A stretch of 46,627 nt of DNA from Octopus bimaculoides (taxonomy: Eukaryota): assembly GCF_001194135.2 (NCBI RefSeq), contig NC_068999.1, positions 41,003,205-41,049,831 of the forward strand. Reading direction: 5' to 3'. Below the pieces are notes generated by a model that was not told the DNA's origin, ran no database searches, and saw only the letters and a program-made list of their open reading frames with translations. Made by a program: the position numbers and the translations under genes. This document shows, piece after piece, positions 24,622 through 36,448 of this stretch (position 1 is its first letter; each line of letters starts with the position of its first letter).

Positions 24622-25623
24622 TTTCTGTGTTCATCTTAAATATATTCGAGACGCCCGCAATGCACACACATACACACACGTACGCGCGTGCACACACGCA
24701 TGCACACTTAGTCCTCAGTCTGCCTGCCTGCTACATCCAAACGAGTTGACTCGTTTTCGTTCGTACACATTCTTTTTTTCTGTATCTCCGTCTTATACGT
24801 AACATATTTTCTCTTCCTCTTCGTGGTTCTAATCTTTCCCTCTATTTCTGTCTAACATACGGTCATACATAAAACATACGGCAAACAAACGCATTTACAT
24901 TCGCATCTGTACGAGAGGACACGAAGATAAGCACAGCCTTTGCATATATACTTAGATATTCCACATAGTTGCATGTATACAGACATTATGTGACAGACGT
25001 CAAATCTGTTATGAAAATGCATAAAAATATCTCATCAACTCAGTTCTCTGACACCTCTCACTTGCAGCGTCTATTTCATATATTGGAATCTTTTAAAAGA
25101 AAATACTCCGTTTAACCTGTCAGACGTAAGTAGAGTTGACCGGGGCGCTTGAGGAGAATTAACCTAACTATTTTGACAGGAATATATCAAAGTCATAGCC
25201 ACGCTCTGCTCCGTCTCCAATAATATATACTCACAACATATATCGAATCTGCAGGGCCTTATTCGTCGGCGAATCACGCTATCGGCAAACAGAGCGGTTA
25301 CTGGAATAAAAACGCAACGTTCTTTAAAGACCCATCCCCAGCTAATCACTATCACCATCCTCCATCGAATACAAAGAGAAGTTCCACATATTTAACCTCA
25401 GAACATTCGCCCCAGTAGGTTTACAGTCCCATCTTCATTTCAGTCTATGGCAAGCTTTACCTATGTGCCTTATAAGGAATGTTACTCCACGAATGTTTTA
25501 ATTTATTGTTATTTATTTTTTGTTGTTCCATTCGTTGTGCGCATACACAGAATAGGGATGAGAGTGTATGCACGAGTGCGTGTGTGTCTGCGAGCGTGTT
25601 GGTGTCAGACTTCGTAGATGTTG

Positions 25624-25654
<31 letters not shown>

Positions 25655-26164
25655 NNNNNNNNNNNNNNNNNNNNNNNNNNNNNNNNNNNNNNNNNNNNNN
25701 NNNNNNNNNNNNNNNNNNNNNNNNNNNNNNNNNNNNNNNNNNNNNNNNNNNNNNNNNNNNNNNNNNNNNNNNNNNNNNNNNNNNNNNNNNNNNNNNNNNN
25801 NNNNNNNNNNNNNNNNNNNNNNNNNNNNNNNNNNNNNNNNNNNNNNNNNNNNNNNNNNNNNNNNNNNNNNNNNNNNNNNNNNNNNNNNNNNNNNNNNNNN
25901 NNNNNNNNNNNNNNNNNNNNNNNNNNNNNNNNNNNNNNNNNNNNNNNNNNNNNNNNNNNNNNNNNNNNNNNNNNNNNNNNNNNNNNNNNNNNNNNNNNNN
26001 NNNNNNNNNNNNNNNNNNNNNNNNNNNNNNNNNNNNNNNNNNNNNNNNNNNNNNNNNNNNNNNNNNNNNNNNNNNNNNNNNNNNNNNNNNNNNNNNNNNN
26101 NNNNNNNNNNNNNNNNNNNNNNNNNNNNNNNNNNNNNNNNNNNNNNNNNNNNNNNNNNNNNNNN

Positions 26165-26208
<44 letters not shown>

Positions 26209-26224
26209 GTGCACACACAGAGAC

Positions 26225-26350
26225 ACACACGATAGATTTCTTTTAATTTCTCTCTACCAAATCTACTCACAATGTTTAGGCTCACCAGAGCTTACAGCAT
26301 GACGCTTGAATAAGATGTCACACAGTGGAACTGAATGAAAAACCCCTGAA
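26225..26350 (-). mobile_element. SINE family B 5' half (degenerate)
   Basis: tttctctctaccaaatctactcacaatgttt...cacagtggaactgaa is the reverse complement of the family B head; compare 35025-35180. Confidence 0.65.
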
Positions 26351-27020
26351 TGAAGAACATAATTTTTGCCTGCACGTATATAGACACAGACAGACAGATA
26401 GATATTGACAGACAGATAGATATTGACAGACAGACAGATAAATAGATAGATATATGTAGCGTACATAGGTATGTACGTATATACATAAAAACGTCTTGGA
26501 GCTCCTAAATCATATGTCAGGGAAATAATCAACGTAGTATAATTATCGGAGTGTAATTAAAGTCTGTAACATTTTGACACGAGTTTATCGATTCAGCGGT
26601 TTTCTCTGAACAATATATCATTTTGTAACCGCAGTTCTTCATTCTAATTAGCATATATAGCGGCAAATAAACAGTAAATTGTATTACTAATTATCATATA
26701 TTAGGACATTTGTATTTCTGTTATCTTATTTGAGGCTTCAGGAAATCGAATTGGAAATAAGAATTTTAATTTAGAGTCTAAGAAAATGTGTGTTGCGTTA
26801 GAGAATTGGAGCAAAAGGACAAGAAACGGAGATATAACGTTTTGGAGAAACGCTAGAGCGTTAATTTGGTATATATATATATATATATATAATATACATA
26901 TAAGTCTTTATATAAACATTTATGAAAATATATATATATCATACTTATATTTACGTGTGTATATAGAGATGTTTACAAGTGTAGGTATATATATAATATA
27001 TATAAAGCTCGATTATATAC

Positions 27021-27053
<33 letters not shown>

Positions 27054-27086
27054 TATCTATTATTCTTTACACACACACACACACAT

Positions 27087-27130
<44 letters not shown>

Positions 27131-28685
27131 CGTTTGGATAAAATGGATAAAATTCCAAAAGTGAAAGCTCTCGTTTCATATGATAGTTGAAAAAGGTCTC
27201 TTCATGCAGTAAATTAATGGAACATTAAAAGACACTCAAATTCCAGCGCTGGACTGTGTGGCTGCGTATGCATTAAATGTATTTTCGCCACGTCCTCGTT
27301 TCTCCGTTTCAGACAGCCATTAACATATGCGCACGCATGTATTTATGCGTGTGCTTGTGTGGGTTTTTATATAACATATAAAGTAATTTTATATATCTCA
27401 GTATGTGTCTCTGTTTTTGTTTCGATGTTATTTCTTTCACGTATTTGTGTGTGTAGTTAACTGGTGTCTCACACAGCACTAGTTACACCAGCGGAGATGG
27501 CATGCTTTCTGGGGCGCCTTAAAAATCCAGGGGACTGCAATGCAAGAAGTAGTACAGAATGTGGCAGAAGAAAAGTTACCAGGAATCATGATCCACTGCA
27601 GCTGGAGCACTTCACAGTTTGAAGAGCTAAGAGCCAAAACACTTTCATGGCTTGGATTTCTGCTCCGAAGTCATTCTTCTGCCCAGCTCTTCATAGACAT
27701 TCTCATAAGTTATAGACGTACCAACTTGATATATTGATACAAACACACACACACACACACAACACACATACATACACACATACATACATACATACATACA
27801 TACATACATACACGTAAACACACTCATATATATATATATATATANNNNNNNNNNNNNNNNNNNNNNNNNNNNNNNNNNNNNNNNNNNNNNNNNNNNNNNN
27901 NNNNNNNNNNNNNNNNNNNNNNNNNNNNNNNNNNNNNNNNNNNNNNNNNNNNNNNNNNNNNNNNNNNNNNNNNNNNNNNNNNNNNNNNNNNNNNNNNNNN
28001 NNNNNNNNNNNNNNNNNNNNNNNNNNNNNNNNNNNNNNNNNNNNNNNNNNNNNNNNNNNNNNNNNNNNNNNNNNNNNNNNNNNNNNNNNNNNNNNNNNNN
28101 NNNNNNNNNNNNNNNNNNNNNNNNNNNNNNNNNNNNNNNNNNNNNNNNNNNNNNNNNNNNNNNNNNNNNNNNNNNNNNNNNNNNNNNNNNNNNNNNNNNN
28201 NNNNNNNNNNNNNNNNNNNNNNNNNNNNNNNNNNNNNNNNNNNNNNNNNNNNNNNNNNNNNNNNNNNNNNNNNNNNNNNNNNNNNNNNNNNNNNNNNNNN
28301 NNNNNNNNNNNNNNNNNNNNNNNNNNNNNNNNNNNNNNNNNNNNNNNNNNNNNNNNNNNNNNNNNNNNNNNNNNNNNNNNNNNNNNNNNNNNNNNNNNNN
28401 NNNNNNNNNNNNNNNNNNNNNNNNNNNNNNNNNNNNNNNNNNNNNNNNNNNNNNNNNNNNNNNNNNNNNNNNNNNNNNNNNNNNNNNNNNNNNNNNNNNN
28501 NNNNNNNNNNNNNNNNNNNNNNNNNNNNNNNNNNNNNNNNNNNNNNNNNNNNNNNNNNNNNNNNNNNNNNNNNNNNNNNNNNNNNNNNNNNNNNNNNNNN
28601 NNNNNNNNNNNNNNNNNNNNNNNNNNNNNNNNNNNNNNNNNNNNNNNNNNNNNNNNNNNNNNNNNNNNNNNNNNNNNNNNNNNNN

Positions 28686-28731
<46 letters not shown>

Positions 28732-28875
28732 TTTGTGCGCTTATACTTGCATCTGTATGTATGTAAAAGATATGTCTATCATGTCCATTAATATATTGTG
28801 TGGATGTGCGTGAGTTTGTATGTTAGTCTGTGTGTATAGACGTGTATGTATATCTAAACGTATCTATGTTCATTT

Positions 28876-28911
<36 letters not shown>

Positions 28912-29614
28912 GCATACATATATAAACCGATCGATTGAAACAGGAGATATCACAAGGAAACGAATAACCTGCCTGATGTTGATGAAGATGATGACGACGA
29001 GGAGGAGAAGGCGGAGGAGGACAGTGATGGGGATTGTCAACATCATTTTCCCAAAACAACAGCAATAACAAAACCGCAAAGACCCGTCCTTTTCTTTCCA
29101 TGACGTGATTTTTTTGTGACGTGATTTTCAACCTCCCTTTCATTGCACTGCTATCATATACAAGTATATTCAGATGGATTTAACGAGTGTTAGTCTCTTT
29201 TCACCATGAAATATGGTCAAACATTTGAAGCTCAATTCAAATAAACTCCTGGATTAAATTGCTTAGTTACTGAAATAGTTTGGCAGGCATTTGTATATTT
29301 TCCATCCTTGTCCTCTTATGTCAAACATGATACAGATTATGTATACATGAAAACAAGAGTTTACAGCTACTTGAGTGAAAGGGTGTGTTCGGTGTGGGCT
29401 GTACACTTAACGGAATATGTTATTGGAATCTTCAAGTATTCGTATCTTTTCAGTTATTCTACTTTGTTCTCGTACCTGGTTGTGTGAGATAGGATACGGG
29501 ATTAAATATATACGTAAATATCAAGTTTCCTACTGGTGTGGTTGAGTTCTTGCCGCATTGTACTCGCTGATAATGGAATGTAACGTTAAGCGTTTTGAGC
29601 CGTTGGCAAAAATA

Positions 29615-29812
29615 TGGTACATTGAGGTGCTAGAAATAAAAGCCAAATACCCTCCAAAGCACACTTCAAATCACGCCCTATTCTTTTGGACAAAAGCTGA
29701 CCTTCCGTTTTATAAGGTAGACGTCATAGACCAACATACAAGATCGAGATATAAGGGCTATGCATGTGATCATGGGACATTTGGACCAGATATAGATAAC
29801 ACACTTCCGGAA
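29615..29812 (+). mobile_element. Interspersed repeat family D (degenerate)
   Basis: gctagaaataaaagccaaat...tcaaatcacgcccta matches ctagaaatagcaactaaat at 44512-44530; gtgatcatgggacatttggaccag resembles gatcataggtctgcttgaacag at 43286. Confidence 0.55.
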
Positions 29813-30059
29813 AATACAATGTTCTTCTATGTATTTACGTATATTGAACTTCGAAGTCTCTGTGAACGTTTTGCTTGTAAATGTTTAACAATTATGTATT
29901 ATATTTAAAACTATTGAATAATCTTTCAGTCTAAGTTTAAATTATTTTTGTATATATATCTTGATATATAGATAATTGCTTGGTGTGTGTAACAGAATGC
30001 CATCGATGTCAGTTCGGAGAAACTGTGCAATAGTGTCGTTATCGTGAAAAACAGCCAAA

Positions 30060-30303
30060 AGATAAGCTGGAAATAGAAAATGAAAAAGAAATATCCGAAA
30101 CGGATCCAGGCTGAATAATCCAGGTGTTAGATGAAACATGTGTAGATAGAAGGGTTGGGCAAAAAGTAAAACAGAGAAAGGAAAAAAATTTGAGTGGGAA
30201 ATAGTGAACGAGAAAGAAAAGATGAGGAGAGGGCGTCTGTCTTTGTCTCTCACGATTTCCTTGTATATGTTTATCCGTGGTAGATAACACAGGTAGATTG
30301 CGA

Positions 30304-30337
<34 letters not shown>

Positions 30338-30760
30338 ATGCACCAATTCCGGAAGATAAGAAAAGGGAGTGGGAGAAGATAGAAGAGAAAGAGAGACCCA
30401 CATCAAAGATATAAAAAGAGAATTGAGTGGAGGAAGCAACAGTAAGAGATGGAATGGGAGGGGGAAAAATTGATAAATAAAAAAGAGAAAGGAAGACTGA
30501 GAGAGTGACACGTAGAAGGAAGCTGACGATAGCAAGGAGGAGAAGAGAAAGTTTGAGAGGGAGAAATGGAATGAAAGTGAGTGGCTGAGAGAAACTGGTT
30601 AAGATTGAGTGATAATTAATAAAGAATGAAATTTTAAACAAGAGACAATGAAGCAGAGGAGGAAAGACAAGATGACTAAGAAGACAGAAAAAAGTGTGTG
30701 AGAGAGAGAGGGAGGGAGAGAGAGAGAGAGGAGTGTGAATAAGTAAATTGTAAATGAATG
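30060..30760. repeat. About 700-bp purine-rich (A/G) low-complexity tract with (GA)n runs
   Basis: Strong strand asymmetry, directly visible; source of the F/L/S-rich minus-strand ORFs 29942 and 30039. Confidence 0.9.
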
Positions 30761-30849
30761 AATAACAACGATTAAAGCCTGATGTGGTGTGTAAGAGAAG
30801 TGTAAACGCAGCACATTTAGTTCTTTGAATTATAGCTGCAGGTCGAATA

Positions 30850-31000
30850 ATTATGATCAAAGGCGTTCCTGCCATGGACACCATGTTTTTGTTTTAGAAG
30901 CATTTCGAACTAAACTTTTTTTTTTTAGAATTACGATTAGGGTGTTTAGTACCTACTCCTAGCTGGTCGAGCCGCTAGGAAAAAACCTCCCCTATTTTCG
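30850..31000 (-). mobile_element. Family D copy (degenerate)
   Basis: tatgatcaaaggcgttcctgccatg matches tgtgatcaaaggactttccagctatg at 31199-31224; ends with cctagctggtcgagc. Confidence 0.5.
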
Positions 31001-31134
31001 TCTTTTTTTTTTTTTTTTTTTAAGCATTCGCTGTTTCCTGTTTATCCCGGATGGTGGAGATGTGATGATAGGTGCTCAATGTGTAAAAGAACTCAGTAAA
31101 TAAATGTGGAGTGACAGACAGAGTGGGGGGTGGT

Positions 31135-31335
31135 ATGTTGTTGTTAATGATGGCACTGTTTAGTCTTCAGCTCCAGGTTAAACTCAAATCTGCAGATTTG
31201 TGATCAAAGGACTTTCCAGCTATGATCTGACACCGTTTTGTTTTCAGCCACAATATACCTACACTATTCAACGTGTAACTTTTTAGTATAAGAGGCTGTG
31301 ATTTGAAGCAGATGTGGCTTCCAAAGTATTTGAAC
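31135..31335 (-). mobile_element. Family D copy
   Basis: gttgttg...tttagtcttcagctccaggttaaactcaaatctgcagatttgtgatcaaagg...gtgatttgaagcagatgtggct is reverse-complementary to motifs at 43286-43325 and 29630-29665. Confidence 0.65.
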
Positions 31336-32164
31336 CGCAGAAGAGCTGCTTCCCTGTTTGGGATAAAGTCTCCCGCTGGTTAAATAGAGAGATACCGAAG
31401 CGATAGAGAAGAGATGAATGAAACTGCGAGGAAGGTTTAGCAAAACGAAAGTGAAAGTAAAAACTAGACTGTTAAAAGTGGCAGACTTGTTTAATATGTA
31501 AAGCACTTGTTGACATGAAAATCATGTGAACAAACGACGTGCTAAAAGTATGTCGGGAATCAATAATGTTAGGCAGGCTCGGTGTTCATTTCTTTCGTCT
31601 CGTACTTCAGAGATCAATTAATTGATCGATACCTTTAGGTACCAGAAAGAAATTCGTTTACAGCCAGCAACACACGCACACATGCATTCATACATATACA
31701 TAATATACACACACATCTCAGATTGTCTTGCAGATACGTACGCAGCCATATATATATATATATGTGTGTGTGTGTACATATCTATGTATGTGTGCATATA
31801 TACATGCGCTTGTACATAATCACACCGACATAAGATACTCGCGCATACGCACCTATTCATATGTACAAATGTATATATATACACATATATACATATGTTT
31901 GCGCATGCATATATATATATATATATATATCAGCTCATGGGGGTGGGTATCCTGGAGGGGGACAGAAAGCAAGAAAGACAAGAGATAGCAGTTGGGGAGT
32001 AGATAAAGAGTCATAGGTTGATAATTTAATACCAGTTACATTTATATCAGAAGTAAAATGATATCTTCCCGAGCACTTGATTCTGAGTTCGATTTCACAG
32101 CACGGCACCTCGTGTTATCTAATATTGTCACCTCGTGTTATCTATTATTATTATTATTATTATT

Positions 32165-32317
32165 ATTCCGCCGAGGTCGACTTTGCCCTTCCTCCTCCTT
32201 TCGGGGTCAATAAAATAAGTACCAGTTACTCACTAGGGTCAATGTAATCGATTTAATCCCTTTGTCTGTCCTTGTTTGTCACCTCTGTTTAGCCCCCTGT
32301 GGGCAATAAAGAAATAA
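32165..32317 (+). mobile_element. SINE family A, 5'-truncated, with an alternative 3' tail
   Basis: Core ccgccgaggtcgactttgcc...tttcggggtcaataaaataagtaccag followed by the tail ttaatccctttgtctgtccttgtttgtc...gggcaataaagaaataa, which no other copy in the window has. Confidence 0.9.
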
Positions 32318-32374
32318 ATAATTATTATTATTATTATTTATTCTCTTTGTACTTTTATCTTTTCGGAGTTCATA

Positions 32375-32455
32375 AAACAAGCATTAGTCAAACTAATCGG
32401 CTTACACCTTCCCTAAAATTGCTGGCCTTGTGCCAAAATTATAAACCATCATCAT
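32375..32455 (+). mobile_element. Family A 3' tail fragment
   Basis: aaaattgctggccttgtgccaaaattataaacc followed by (ATC)n/(ATT)n; same tail as 24150-24170. Confidence 0.65.
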
Positions 32456-32474
32456 CATTATTATTATTATTATT

Positions 32475-32700
32475 AAGACGGTGAGCTAGAAGAATCGATA
32501 ACACGCCGGTCGAAATGCTTAGCGGTATTTCGGCCGTCACTGCATTCTGTGTTCAAATTCCACCGAGGTCGACTTTGCCTTTCATCCTTTGGGAGTGGAT
32601 AAAATGAGTACCAGTTACGCACTGGAGTCGATATAATCGACTAGCCCCCTTCCCCCACCAACGTTTCAGGCCTTGTGCCTATAGTAGAAAAGATTATTAT
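32475..32700 (+). mobile_element. SINE family A, full-length copy (tRNA-derived; central domain possibly MetaSINE-type)
   Basis: Head aagacggtgagctagaagaatcg...cgaaatgcttagcgg, B-box-like gtgttcaaattcc, core gtcgactttgcctttcatcctttgggagtggataaaatgagtaccag, tail ggccttgtgcctatagtagaaaagattatt. The resemblance to the Meta domain (Nishihara et al. 2016) is from memory and unverified. Confidence 0.9.
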
Positions 32701-33265
32701 TATTTTTGTTGTTGTTGTATTTAATTATATTAACAAATAGCTTATCCAATATTTCTGATAGTCGTTGAAACTGTTAAAGAAAAAGAGGAGAAAAGAAGAT
32801 AGCTGGACCGCACACCCAGACTCCCCTGAGGAGTGGAGTGGAGTGGTGGTGAGTGAAGTGGAGAGAGGGTAGTGAGAGGGAGAAGAAGAGGGAGAGATGT
32901 ATCATGTAACGAGTTTAAATATAGGAGATAGCGCAATGGAGTCAAATGATATGTGGATGATCTTTGAATAAAACACGCGAAGCCACTTGGCTTACCTTCC
33001 AGATTCTCTTCCGTTAGTTTTTTTATTCATTTATCCATTTGTTTGTTTATTAACTTTCTTTGTTTAATATCAAAAAATGTTCTGGAATCTAAGACAAATG
33101 GCGTTTTTAACATATATTTCTAGTCTATTTTTGTAAGTCAATGTTTGTTGAGGTTGTGTATGTACATGTGTGTGTGTGTTTGTTTATAGGTGTGTATACG
33201 TATGTGTGTGTACAATGAGTATAGACATATACATATATTTGTGTATATATATGTGTGTATATATG

Positions 33266-33338
<73 letters not shown>

Positions 33339-33483
33339 TGTGTGTCTGTGAGGTGTGTAAGTAATTAACTGCGTAGACACCAGTAAGATATATAACATTT
33401 CGTATCGACATCTCTTCTTTGTAAAATATATTATAGAAAATATATTACTTTGGCACTCAGAGGAACTGGCCTATTATATATAA

Positions 33484-33543
<60 letters not shown>

Positions 33544-33554
33544 ATATATATATA

Positions 33555-33605
<51 letters not shown>

Positions 33606-33714
33606 NNNNNNNNNNNNNNNNNNNNNNNNNNNNNNNNNNNNNNNNNNNNNNNNNNNNNNNNNNNNNNNNNNNNNNNNNNNNNNNNNNNNNNNNNNNNNNN
33701 NNNNNNNNNNNNNN

Positions 33715-33747
<33 letters not shown>

Positions 33748-33780
33748 CTTGTGTATTATAAGAATGTACATTAAGACAAG

Positions 33781-33817
<37 letters not shown>

Positions 33818-34133
33818 ATATATAGCCTTGCTTCTCACATTAACCTCGGTGACATGGGAATATCTGTCATGATTCTTATTGACATAATTTTTCACACCTC
33901 ATTGCTTGCTTGAAATAAAGTCGCATATGAGTGTATACGTGTTGCGTGGGTGTGTACGAATGTGTGTGTGTGTGTGTGTGTGTGTGGTATATTGTTTGTT
34001 TCTTAATATGTATGTGAGCGCATGTGTTAGTCTGCATGTGTGTTGTAAACGCATGTATGGATGTATTTGTATTTCTATGTATGTGTGTGTATGTTTCTCT
34101 TAACCTGTTCTATTTCTGAATTAAGTCTACATA

Positions 34134-34166
<33 letters not shown>

Positions 34167-34969
34167 NNNNNNNNNNNNNNNNNNNNNNNNNNNNNNNNNN
34201 NNNNNNNNNNNNNNNNNNNNNNNNNNNNNNNNNNNNNNNNNNNNNNNNNNNNNNNNNNNNNNNNNNNNNNNNNNNNNNNNNNNNNNNNNNNNNNNNNNNN
34301 NNNNNNNNNNNNNNNNNNNNNNNNNNNNNNNNNNNNNNNNNNNNNNNNNNNNNNNNNNNNNNNNNNNNNNNNNNNNNNNNNNNNNNNNNNNNNNNNNNNN
34401 NNNNNNNNNNNNNNNNNNNNNNNNNNNNNNNNNNNNNNNNNNNNNNNNNNNNNNNNNNNNNNNNNNNNNNNNNNNNNNNNNNNNNNNNNNNNNNNNNNNN
34501 NNNNNNNNNNNNNNNNNNNNNNNNNNNNNNNNNNNNNNNNNNNNNNNNNNNNNNNNNNNNNNNNNNNNNNNNNNNNNNNNNNNNNNNNNNNNNNNNNNNN
34601 NNNNNNNNNNNNNNNNNNNNNNNNNNNNNNNNNNNNNNNNNNNNNNNNNNNNNNNNNNNNNNNNNNNNNNNNNNNNNNNNNNNNNNNNNNNNNNNNNNNN
34701 NNNNNNNNNNNNNNNNNNNNNNNNNNNNNNNNNNNNNNNNNNNNNNNNNNNNNNNNNNNNNNNNNNNNNNNNNNNNNNNNNNNNNNNNNNNNNNNNNNNN
34801 NNNNNNNNNNNNNNNNNNNNNNNNNNNNNNNNNNNNNNNNNNNNNNNNNNNNNNNNNNNNNNNNNNNNNNNNNNNNNNNNNNNNNNNNNNNNNNNNNNNN
34901 NNNNNNNNNNNNNNNNNNNNNNNNNNNNNNNNNNNNNNNNNNNNNNNNNNNNNNNNNNNNNNNNNNNNN

Positions 34970-35020
<51 letters not shown>

Positions 35021-35024
35021 GCAC

Positions 35025-35180
35025 ACGATAGGCTTCTTTCAGTTTCCGTCTACCAAATCCACCCACAAGGCTTTGATTGGCCCGAGCCTATATTAGAAGA
35101 CACGTGCCCGAGGTGCGACGCAGTGGGACTAAACACGGAACCACGTGGCTGGGAAGAAAACAACTTACCACACAGCCACT
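35025..35180 (-). mobile_element. SINE family B 5' half; the rest is probably lost in the adjacent gap
   Basis: cttctttcagtttccgtctaccaaatccacccacaaggctttg...cagtgggactaaacacggaaccacgtggctgggaag...cttaccaca is the reverse complement of the family B head and core; it adjoins (CA)n and gap 34167-34969. Confidence 0.9.
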
Positions 35181-35617
35181 CCGGGGGGCGGTCTTGGGGG
35201 TGAAGAATTTCACGCGCGCAAAATTATATATTTGCTTGTATGCTAAAGTTTACTCTGAGGTATGCCAAAATGAATTAACCGCCACTGGGTTCGTCAATTA
35301 AAGAAATTAAGTAAATTCATGAATTTTACTATGTGCACGAGACAATGGTAAATATCTTCAATGTTTGCTATAGTACTTCATCACTTCAGTGTGGACAGGA
35401 AGACATATTTTCGACTGTTGTTTCTGCTACGTGAATTACTGATATGCTGGCAGTGGGTAAATTCCGGGATCACTTTTACTACGGGGTATAACAAAACTTA
35501 TCCTCTTTGTAGGCTTTTCATCTTTTAATCTTCTATTTGATTCTACATTTATATATAAAATTGAAGTTTTCATAAGAGGCCAGCCATATAAGTCGGTAGG
35601 TGGTGGACATACACACT

Positions 35618-35655
<38 letters not shown>

Positions 35656-35782
35656 CTCTTACGAATACATGTTTTAGTGGGTGTGTAAATATATTCTTGT
35701 CTAAAGTATATACTCGTAAAAAATTGCCTGAATGCATGTATAAATAGCTGGTGACATACACACACACACACACACACACACA

Positions 35783-35814
<32 letters not shown>

Positions 35815-36360
35815 NNNNNNNNNNNNNNNNNNNNNNNNNNNNNNNNNNNNNNNNNNNNATATATATATATATATATATATATAAGCATACGCACACATAC
35901 ATATACACGTGTGTTTATGTGCTTGTTTCTGCGTAAACAATTGTTTTATTTGGGAATGTATCCATGAGTTAGCAAATATGCGTGTGAATATTGATGTAAG
36001 AATGAGAAATATAGTCTCTAATTGTGTGCACGTCTTTTTAAAGTCTTTGTTTGTGTGTATTTGTGTGTGCGTGTGTGTGTGTGTGTGTGTGGTTTAGTGT
36101 ATGCGTGGGGGCGGGGGTGATAGTGTTTGTTAGGATCGATATTTTTTTATTTCACTGCAGTGTAGACAAATATGGTGCAATGGTATAAGTTGATAACAGT
36201 GCCAGTGATATTGTGTAGCTTTGTTGTATGTGTATGTATCTATGTATAGAGAGAGAGTGGGGGAGGGGCTGAGAGATAGACAGGCAGACAGATAGACAGA
36301 CAGACAGACATAGATACAAAGAGAGCGAGAAATTTTGACAGATACATTTACACACATACT

Positions 36361-36362
<2 letters not shown>

Positions 36363-36446
<84 letters not shown>
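36363..36446. repeat. Perfect (GA)n, about 42 units
   Basis: Directly visible. Confidence 0.97.

Positions 36447-36448
<2 letters not shown>

Noticed and set aside
27480-27720. GC-richer block with ORF MQEVVQNVAEEK...
   Set aside because: No splice signals or domain recognised on either strand; possibly an unidentified transposon fragment.
29558-29908. 116-aa non-repetitive ORF MYSLIMECNVKRFEP...
   Set aside because: Its middle overlaps a degenerate family D repeat; no recognisable domain.
30958-30979. CCTAGC...GCTAGG hairpin as a Helitron 3' end or terminator
   Set aside because: It lies within a family D fragment and has no CTRR end at the expected spacing.
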